Assembly (NCBI GenBank): GCA_041742355.1
Contig: JBGSIV010000053.1
Span: 1 to 10,280, forward strand
Source of the DNA: Candidatus Zixiibacteriota bacterium
GTDB taxonomy: Bacteria > Zixibacteria > MSB-5A5 > GN15 > FEB-12
Reading direction: 5' to 3'
Length of the DNA: 10,280 nucleotides
The position numbers and the translations under genes are program-made. How positions within the stretch are numbered: the first letter of the stretch is position 1; each line of letters opens with the position of its first letter. Shown here one piece after another: positions 1 to 5,863 of the stretch. The notes beneath the pieces are model-generated. The model worked only from the letters and a program-made list of their open reading frames with translations. It searched no databases and was not told where the DNA came from.

Positions 1-1
1 A

Positions 2-1093
2 CGCCTGCGCCGCCGCCCGAATCTTCTCATCCCCCATCACCCGCTTCATCCCACCAGCCAAAGCCGCCGCATCCTTCGACGGCACCACGACTGACGGCGT
101 CTCCTCGACCGCCTCACGCAACCCCGGGCAATCCGTCGCCACAATCGGCACTCCGCAGCACATCACCTCCGACGTCAGGAGCGGATACGCCTCCCACACC
201 GACGGCATCACGACCGCGTCACACCCCTGCATCAACTCCGCCACATTCGGCTGAAACGGCTGAAACCGGAAGAATTCCTCCAGGCCCAACTCCCGCACTT
301 TCTCCCGATACTGCCGCTCGTAATCGCCGCTCCCCACCGCCAGCACCACAAACTTCCGCTCCGGCTGCCCGGCGCGAAGACACGCTACAGCGTCGATCAA
401 ATACGGAAACCCCTTCTCCGGCATGAATCGCCCGAAACACCCGAACACGAACGTTGTCCCGTCAACCCCCATCGCCCGCCGCACTTTCTCCCGCGCCTCC
501 GGATAATCCTGCACAAACGGCGCCGGATCGATCCCGTTGCGGATCACCACCCACCGGCTCTTCTCGCGCAGTGCCGCCAACCCTTCCTGCACGTGCCCCA
601 GAATGTCCCGCCCCACCCCCACGAACACATCCACATCCCCCATCACCCGTTCGAATATCCACCGTTTCAGCCCCCCCAGCCGCCCCGCAAAACGCTTCTC
701 CTCGAGCACCCCGTGCATCGTCATCGCATGTGGCGTGTGAAGCACCCGGTTGACCAGCGCCACGCTGAACGCCGAGATGAACCCCTGGCTGTGAATGACG
801 TCGAACGTCTCCCGCATCCGCAGCTTCAGCACGTGCCAAAACAGCATGTCTCGCTTCAGCACCGGCGGCGCCCAGATCACCCGTATCCCCAGTTCCTCCA
901 TATCCTGCTGCACCGCCTCCCGCTCGATCACCGGATTGGCCAGGAGCGTCACCTCGAACTGCTCCATGGGCAGATACCGATAGTTGTACTTGAGGTAGGT
1001 CCGAATTCCCCCCAGCGGCCACATGCAGACAATCAGCACCCGGATTTTCCCGCCGCCCGCTCCCGCCGCCTGACTTCCACGCACCGAACCCAC
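2..1093 (-). CDS. Glycosyltransferase family 4 (GT-B) protein, 3' end truncated by the window edge
   Basis: Absent from the ORF track because there is no stop in the window; translated by hand from GTG at 1093, which overlaps the upstream TAG (TAGTG). Sequence: MGSVRGSQAAGAGGGKIRVLIVCMWPLGGIRTY...DVIHSQG...MTMHG...VIRNGIDP...FGCFGRFMPEKGFPYLIDA...DAVVMPSVWEAYPLLTSEVMCCGVPIVATDCPGLREAV. Contains the GT4 GR..xEKG motif and the E-x7-E motif. Confidence 0.93.
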   Translation of the reverse strand, partial: MGSVRGSQAAGAGGGKIRVLIVCMWPLGGIRTYLKYNYRYLPMEQFEVTLLANPVIEREAVQQDMEELGIRVIWAPPVLKRDMLFWHVLKLRMRETFDVIHSQGFISAFSVALVNRVLHTPHAMTMHGVLEEKRFAGRLGGLKRWIFERVMGDVDVFVGVGRDILGHVQEGLAALREKSRWVVIRNGIDPAPFVQDYPEAREKVRRAMGVDGTTFVFGCFGRFMPEKGFPYLIDAVACLRAGQPERKFVVLAVGSGDYERQYREKVRELGLEEFFRFQPFQPNVAELMQGCDAVVMPSVWEAYPLLTSEVMCCGVPIVATDCPGLREAVEETPSVVVPSKDAAALAGGMKRVMGDEKIRAAAQA

Positions 1094-1863
1094 TACCGTT
1101 CCTCCACCGGCTGCACCGCCACATCCGTCGCCCGCACTTCCGCGAGCACCGAATCCAGCGCCGTCGTCATCACCCGGTACCCCGCTTCGTTCGGGTCGAT
1201 GCCATCCTTTGACAGGTCTTTACGGAGATACCCCTGTTCATCGGCCAGCAGCCGATTGAATTCCACCAGCCGCCACTGGCCCGCCTGCGCTCCGGCACGC
1301 AGCCACTCGTTGAAGACCGCGATACTGTCCATAATCTTGTAGTCCCCCAGGTCCACCACTCCTCTCCGCGGCGGAATCACCGTGCCGAATATCGGCATAA
1401 TCCCATTCGCCCGCGCCAGGTCGGCCATCGACTGCGCGTACTCGCGAATCTCCTCCACCTCCCACTGCTGACGGAAATTGTACGACGAGACCTCGATCAC
1501 CACCGCCCCCGGGCGAAGCGCTATGACATCCGAACGAAATCGCAACAGAAACCCCGCCACCCGTTGTCCTTCGATCCCCCGGTTAACCGCCTCCCACTGC
1601 GGGAACGCCGCCTGCACATCCCATCGCGACACCACCTGTGTCCCCAGAAACACCACGCGCTTCGGCTGCGGCGCTTCTCCCCGGAACGCCTCGTTCGTCG
1701 CCTGGTACCGATGCCGCCCCGAAAACTCCTCCACCACCACCTCGTACTTGTCCAGCCAGTAATTGATGTATGACCGGTACATATAGGCCTTGTACCCGAC
1801 ATACACAATCGTCAGGTTTCCCAGGAGCGACGCCAGCAGAACCAGCTTCATGGTACGGCTCAT
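1093..1863 (-). CDS. Membrane-anchored SGNH/GDSL hydrolase-fold protein with degenerate catalytic motifs (probable pseudo-esterase)
   Basis: N-terminal hydrophobic helix; SGNH blocks recognisable (RVVFLGTQ, VNRGIEGQ, RFRSDVIALRPGAVVI, DGIDPNEAGY); AAGGA Shine-Dalgarno upstream of the ATG. Confidence 0.88.
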   Translation of the reverse strand: MSRTMKLVLLASLLGNLTIVYVGYKAYMYRSYINYWLDKYEVVVEEFSGRHRYQATNEAFRGEAPQPKRVVFLGTQVVSRWDVQAAFPQWEAVNRGIEGQRVAGFLLRFRSDVIALRPGAVVIEVSSYNFRQQWEVEEIREYAQSMADLARANGIMPIFGTVIPPRRGVVDLGDYKIMDSIAVFNEWLRAGAQAGQWRLVEFNRLLADEQGYLRKDLSKDGIDPNEAGYRVMTTALDSVLAEVRATDVAVQPVEER

Positions 1864-1902
1864 CGACAGTCCTTGTCATGCGCGTGATCGTTCTTCCCTC
1901 CA

Positions 1903-1931
1903 ACAATACGCGCCTTCTCCAAACAAGTCAC
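1903..1931 (-). promoter_or_regulatory. Putative sigma70 promoter for the SGNH-GT4 pair
   Basis: Minus strand reads GTGACT-N17-TATTGT, about 40 nt upstream of the ATG at 1863. Confidence 0.4.
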
Positions 1932-2024
1932 TAGCAAAAACTCGTCTGTCCCATATGGTACATGCTCCGCCCGGCGCAATCTCTGCTGATACTCCTTCGC
2001 ACCGTCTATCATCGACCAAAAAAG

Positions 2025-2053
2025 TTGACAACAAACCACGTGTTCCCTATTTT
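2025..2053 (+). promoter_or_regulatory. sigma70-type promoter upstream of the FN3-dockerin gene
   Basis: TTGACA (2025-2030), exactly 17 nt, TATTTT (2048-2053), with an A-tract (UP-like) just upstream; predicted TSS near 2060. Confidence 0.75.
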
Positions 2054-2059
2054 CTCACC

Positions 2060-2301
2060 GTGACTATCAGAGGGGAAAACTGATTAGTCGCCTGCCATCT
2101 GGCAGGGGGTATCAAAGGTGAATAGAATGAATCGCACGGCCCGATCTCTCATGGGACCGACAGGGCCGTACTATACGCATCGCCTATCCCAACGTCCTTT
2201 CTTTGCAAGCGGACCCGGCGCTCGTTGCAAGGCGCCGACTAGTGTCAACCGCCTTGAGTGCTATGCACTGAACCAACCCATCGACCCTGGAGGTTCGCCC
2301 A
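2060..2301 (+). other. Long structured 5' leader (candidate cis-regulatory RNA, class unknown)
   Basis: Successive stems: 2060-2070/2080-2091, 2091-2097/2100-2106, 2136-2142/2163-2169 (extendable by AGGTGA/TCGCCT), 2216-2222/2231-2237, 2257-2261/2265-2269. Confidence 0.35.
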
Positions 2302-2883
2302 ATGAACAGGATGTGGTTGATCGTCTGCCTGACGATCATTGGAGCGACGATGGCGACGGCTTCCTATGGCGCCGACATCACCGTTCTGTGGACCGCGCCC
2401 GGTGATGACGGCAACATCGGCACGGCCAAAGCCTATGAACTGCGCTACCTGAACCAGCGCATCAACGACAAGAACTGGACCCAGGCCACCGTCGTGGCCA
2501 GCGTCCCCGCCCCCATGCCGGCCGGGACCACCCAGTCGTGCACCATCACCAACCTCGACCCCGGACGCAAACTCTACCTCGCCATCCGGGCCGTCGATGA
2601 CGCCGGCAACTGGTCGCTCATCTCCAACAACGCCGTTTGCGCCAACTGCAACTGCCTCGCCAAAACCGGCAACGTCGACAACGACTCCTACGACGCCGTC
2701 ACTGTCGCCGATCTCACCGAACTCGTTGCCTACGTCTTCGGCGGGCAATCGTCCGTCCCCTGTCCCCTCGAGGCTAATATCAGCGGCGACACCGAGGGCA
2801 GCATCGACATTTCCGATGTCAGCGTACTCATTGGGTACCTGTACAAGGACCCTGAAACATACCAGCTGGCTCCGTGCCAGTAA
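2302..2883 (+). CDS. Secreted protein: signal peptide, WTAPGDDG-type fibronectin type III domain (strand A absent), C-terminal dockerin type I-like domain
   Basis: GGAGG Shine-Dalgarno; hydrophobic signal to about residue 23; FN3 features WTAPGDDG...YELRY...ITNLDPGRKLYLAIRAVDDAGNWSLISN; two Ca-binding dockerin-like repeats, GNVDNDSYDAVTVADLTELVAYVF and ANISGDTEGSIDISDVSVLIGYLY. Confidence 0.9.
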   Translation: MNRMWLIVCLTIIGATMATASYGADITVLWTAPGDDGNIGTAKAYELRYLNQRINDKNWTQATVVASVPAPMPAGTTQSCTITNLDPGRKLYLAIRAVDDAGNWSLISNNAVCANCNCLAKTGNVDNDSYDAVTVADLTELVAYVFGGQSSVPCPLEANISGDTEGSIDISDVSVLIGYLYKDPETYQLAPCQ

Positions 2884-3050
2884 ACCACCCGGTCTGACCG
2901 GGAGGGCTGCAGCCACCTCGACTCTACTGCACCGGTACTCCGTCACCGGAGACTCGCCCCTTCTGCTTCTGATCAGGGCCGCGTCGATAAGACCGGCCCC
3001 CGGATGTTGCGCCCACGCCAAGTGAACCGCCTCGAACACTGGATTGATCG

Positions 3051-3066
3051 AGGCACAACCTTTGCA
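3051..3066 (+). promoter_or_regulatory. Putative sigma54 (-24/-12) promoter
   Basis: AGGCACAACCTTTGCA against the consensus TGGCAC-N5-TTGCW, with exact GG-N10-GC spacing; it puts the TSS near 3077, about 24 nt before the ATG at 3101 and upstream of the Shine-Dalgarno. Confidence 0.6.
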
Positions 3067-3100
3067 CGCCGCAAGCGGGTTGCGACAATACGGAGGTTCT

Positions 3101-3919
3101 ATGTTTCTCAACATCACTCATCGGGCCGCACAACGACCCCTGGCCACCCTGACACGCCTTATCGTGACAGCGGTGCTCGCCTTAATCAGCGTCAGTCTCT
3201 TTGCCTCAAACGCGGCCGCCCAGCTGAAAGCCGAAGTCGCCGCCGGCGAAGTCATTCTCAGCTGGACCGCCCCGGGCGACGACGGCAATACCGGCACTGC
3301 CGCCCTCTACGACCTGCGCTATTCGAGAAGCCCCATCACCGCGGCCAACTGGAACGACTGGAACGTCATCGTCGCCGCCCAGAATGAGCCTCGTCCCGCG
3401 GCCGCCGGCACCGTCCAGGAGTACATCCTTACCGACCTCCCCCCCGGCACAACCTACTACTTCGCCATCCGTGCCGGCGACGAAGCCAACAACTGGTCCG
3501 GCCTCTCCAATGTCGTCACGGTGAAAACACCCACCGAGACCGTCCCCCCGGCCGCCATCACTGACCTCAACATCATCAGCACCGGCGACAATTCCGTCAC
3601 GCTCGGATGGACCGCCCCGGGCGACGATGGCACGACCGGTCAGGCCGCACAGTACGAAGTCCGCTACAGCACTTCTCCGATCACCGCCACCAACTGGGCC
3701 GCCGCGACCCTCGTCGCCGATGTCCCGACCCCCAAAGCCCCCGGCTCCCCCGAAACACTGACTGTCGCCAGTCTCCAATCGGGCGTCACCTACTATTTCG
3801 CGGTGAAGACGGCCGACGAAAACCCCAACTGGTCCGCCCTCTCCAATGTCGTCAACAGCATGACCTCGGGAGATACCACGCCGCCGGCCCCGGTAAGTGA
3901 TTTGAGAATTGCCAAGTAA
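3101..3919 (+). CDS. Secreted tandem fibronectin type III (WTAPGDDG) repeat protein with a C-terminal orphan strand-A peptide
   Basis: Start reassigned to ATG 3101 (GGAGGTTCT-ATG); signal peptide ending ...ASNAAA; two FN3 repeats of about 112-115 aa; ends DTTPPAPVSDLRIAK*. Confidence 0.92.
   Translation: MFLNITHRAAQRPLATLTRLIVTAVLALISVSLFASNAAAQLKAEVAAGEVILSWTAPGDDGNTGTAALYDLRYSRSPITAANWNDWNVIVAAQNEPRPAAAGTVQEYILTDLPPGTTYYFAIRAGDEANNWSGLSNVVTVKTPTETVPPAAITDLNIISTGDNSVTLGWTAPGDDGTTGQAAQYEVRYSTSPITATNWAAATLVADVPTPKAPGSPETLTVASLQSGVTYYFAVKTADENPNWSALSNVVNSMTSGDTTPPAPVSDLRIAK
3263..3854 (+). repeat. Internal gene duplication (two FN3 units)
   Basis: TGGACCGCCCCGGGCGACGA at 3263 and 3608; AACTGGTCCG(G/C)CCTCTCCAATGTCGTCA at 3491-3518 and 3827-3854 (27/28 identical). 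Confidence 0.85.
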
Positions 3920-3941
3920 GAATGTCCCCCTGCCCCCACGC

Positions 3942-3959
3942 TGAAGCCCCCCGGCTTCA
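3942..3959 (+). terminator. Small hairpin downstream of the FN3 gene
   Basis: TGAAGCC-CCCC-GGCTTCA followed by TCCTCCTT; the U-tract is weak. Confidence 0.35.
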
Positions 3960-3982
3960 TCCTCCTTATGCGTGAAATGGCG

Positions 3983-4009
3983 ACGGCCCTGTGATCATCA
4001 CAGGGCCGT
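3983..4009. terminator. 13-bp perfect inverted repeat between convergent genes (probable bidirectional terminator)
   Basis: ACGGCCCTGTGAT-C-ATCACAGGGCCGT; overlaps the ligase stop codon at 3998-4000; followed by TGTCTCTTT on the plus strand. Confidence 0.6.
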
Positions 4010-5584
4010 TGTCTCTTTGAGCATCTGCTTGATGACTTTGCCTGATTGATACTTCGGCAGCTCGGCCATGAATCGCACGAACTTCGGCACCTTGTGCACC
4101 GCCAGCCGCGCTTTGCAGTGATCGATCACCATCCGGTCCTCCACCAGCGCCCCCACCTGTGGTACCACCACCGCCACGATCGCTTCCCCGAGCACCGGAT
4201 CCGGCACCCCGAACACCGCCACCTCCGCCACCTGCGGCACCTCGAGGATCGTCTCTTCCACTTCCTTCGCGCTCACCCGGTTGCCGCCGCTCTTGATAAT
4301 CTCTTTTTTCCGCCCCACGATGAATATGAACCCGTCCCGGTCCACCCGCGCCAGGTCCCCCGTGTACAACCACCCGTCGTGGAGGACATCTTCCTCCTCC
4401 GCCTTCTGCTGCCAGTACCCCATCATCACCGAGTCGCCGCCGACAATAATCTCCCCTTCCTGATCCGGCCCGACCTCCCGCCCCTCGGCATCGACCACCC
4501 GCACCAGCACACCCGGTACCGGTATCCCCACCGACCCCAGCTTCGCCCCCAGCTTTTCCGGCGGCAGCCAGGTCACCCTCGGCGAGGCTTCCGTCTGACC
4601 GTACATGATGAAGATCTCCTTCGATGGAAACGCCTCCACCAGCCGACGGATCACCTCCGGCGCCATCGCCCCCCCTGCCTGCGTGAAATACCGCAGATCG
4701 GAAAGGTTCCGCTTCGCGAAGGTCGTGTTGCCCAGGAGAATCATGAAATTCGACGGCACTCCGGAGAACCCCGTCACCCGCTCCCGCTCCATCGTATCGA
4801 GCACCGTTTCCGGATACGTGAACCGGTTGTCGATCACCACCCGTCCGCCGACCGCCACGTGCGTCAGCAGGAGCGAATTGCCGTAAATGTAGTAGAACGG
4901 CAGAATGACGATCACGCTCTCGTGGCAGTTCAACCGGAGGTATTCCACCGTCCCCACCGTGTTCGCGATCAGGTTCCGGTGTGACAGCATCACCCCCTTG
5001 GGCTTGCCTGTGCTCCCCGAGGTATAGAAAATCGCCGCCAGTTCCCGCTCCGCCTCCGGCAGCTTCCCCCACCACAGCGCCAGATCATCCCGCGCCGCCG
5101 GATCGACTCCGCACGGATCGCCCGGTGCATCATCGGCCAGCCCCAGCATCTCGATCATCGCTTCGCTCGGTATCGGCAGCGTCAACCCCACCGTCGGATT
5201 GTCGAAGATCACGAGTTGCAGCGGCGTCGGATCCGCCGTCACGGCCGCCATGTGACGCGCGAACCGCGTCTGTGTGATGAGCACCTTCGCGCCCGAGTCG
5301 GCAATGATGTGCCGGAGCTGCGGCGGGCGGAACGACGTATCCAGCGGCACCAGCACCAGTCCGGCCATCGACACCGCAAAATACCCCACCGCGTACTCGA
5401 TCGAGTTCTCGGCCAGCAACCCCACCCGGTCGCCCGGGTTCAGCCCCAGCGCCTGCAGCCGCGTCGCCAGACGGCACACGTGATCGTGCAGCCGCGCATA
5501 GCTGATCCGGCGATCACCATGGACAACCGCCGGACGATGCCCGTACCGCCCGGCAGTCTCGATCAACAAGTCATGCAACTTCAT
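3998..5584 (-). CDS. ANL-superfamily adenylate-forming enzyme (acyl-CoA/acyl-ACP ligase, AMP-binding)
   Basis: Motifs FYTSGSTGKPKGV (A3), YGQTEA (A5), YTGDLA (A7), GRKKEIIKSGGNRVSAKEVE (A8) and LPKYQSGKV (A10 Lys). Confidence 0.95.
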   Translation of the reverse strand: MKLHDLLIETAGRYGHRPAVVHGDRRISYARLHDHVCRLATRLQALGLNPGDRVGLLAENSIEYAVGYFAVSMAGLVLVPLDTSFRPPQLRHIIADSGAKVLITQTRFARHMAAVTADPTPLQLVIFDNPTVGLTLPIPSEAMIEMLGLADDAPGDPCGVDPAARDDLALWWGKLPEAERELAAIFYTSGSTGKPKGVMLSHRNLIANTVGTVEYLRLNCHESVIVILPFYYIYGNSLLLTHVAVGGRVVIDNRFTYPETVLDTMERERVTGFSGVPSNFMILLGNTTFAKRNLSDLRYFTQAGGAMAPEVIRRLVEAFPSKEIFIMYGQTEASPRVTWLPPEKLGAKLGSVGIPVPGVLVRVVDAEGREVGPDQEGEIIVGGDSVMMGYWQQKAEEEDVLHDGWLYTGDLARVDRDGFIFIVGRKKEIIKSGGNRVSAKEVEETILEVPQVAEVAVFGVPDPVLGEAIVAVVVPQVGALVEDRMVIDHCKARLAVHKVPKFVRFMAELPKYQSGKVIKQMLKETTAL

Positions 5585-5628
5585 ATGGTACTGTCTGCTT
5601 CTCTCCGCAGTGCATGTGAACGAAAAAT

Positions 5629-5735
5629 AGACGAACTCATTGCGACCGCTTGGATACCGTCATAGCAAGCGCCGAGACACCGTCATAGCAGGCGCCGGGA
5701 CACCGTCATTGCAAGCGCCGGGACACCGTCATTGC
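5629..5735 (+). repeat. 23-bp tandem repeat (3 full units, 1 degenerate unit, 1 partial unit)
   Basis: Units at 5652, 5675 and 5698, consensus GGACACCGTCATWGCAAGCGCCG; an in-phase degenerate unit at 5629; the unit at 5721 runs into a REP-like element. Confidence 0.9.
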
Positions 5736-5761
5736 GAGGAGCGTAGCGACGAAGCAATCTC
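5727..5761 (+). repeat. CGTC-tagged palindromic (REP-like) element
   Basis: CGTCATTGCGAGGAGCGTAGCGACGAAGCAATCTC with ATTGC/GCAAT arms; it translates as RHCEERSDEAIS, a widespread extragenic palindrome signature. Confidence 0.75.
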
Positions 5762-5771
5762 TCCTCGTCCG

Positions 5772-5793
5772 GTGGCCCACCATTCATGGTGGG
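5772..5793 (+). repeat. GTGG-tagged REP-like palindrome
   Basis: GTGG-CCCACCAT-TC-ATGGTGGG: a GT(A/G)G tag directly followed by a perfect 8-bp stem. Confidence 0.6.
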
Positions 5794-5800
5794 TTCTTTC

Positions 5801-5861
5801 TGCCACAAACACGCCGTCTTTGTGCCACGGACACCATCAACGTCCCCGTGCCACGGACACC
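5801..5861 (-). repeat. Two overlapping GTGG-tagged REP-like hairpins
   Basis: Minus strand: GTGG-CACGGGGAC-GTTGATG-GTGTCCGTG and GTGG-CACAAAGAC-GGC-GTGTTTGTG; plus-strand direct repeat GTGCCACGGACACC at 5822 and 5848. Confidence 0.55.
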
Positions 5862-5863
5862 CC

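Noticed and set aside
219..1808. Alternative ORFs (e.g. 462-1124, 593-1342, 454-753)
   Set aside because: Low-complexity shadow frames of the GT4 and SGNH genes in GC-rich DNA.
2108..2170. SAM-I riboswitch (TATCAA..AGGTG..GGCCCGAT)
   Set aside because: No GCAACC, GTGC or closing AGAT elements, and the downstream gene is unrelated to sulfur metabolism.
2205..2256. c-di-GMP-II riboswitch (TAGTGTCAACCGCC resembles TAGTGCAACCGACC)
   Set aside because: The GGAAAC and GGGCACTT pseudoknot partner segments are missing.
2118..3117. ORFs 2118-2405 (+) and 2245-3117 (-)
   Set aside because: They overlap the FN3-dockerin gene and have no recognisable motifs.
5629..5761. CRISPR array
   Set aside because: The 23-bp units are directly tandem with no unique spacers, and no cas genes are present.
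5811..5828. sigma54 promoter on the minus strand (TGGCACAAAGACGGC)
   Set aside because: GG-N10-GC spacing fits, but the TT of TTGC is missing and the sequence is better explained as part of a REP-like hairpin.
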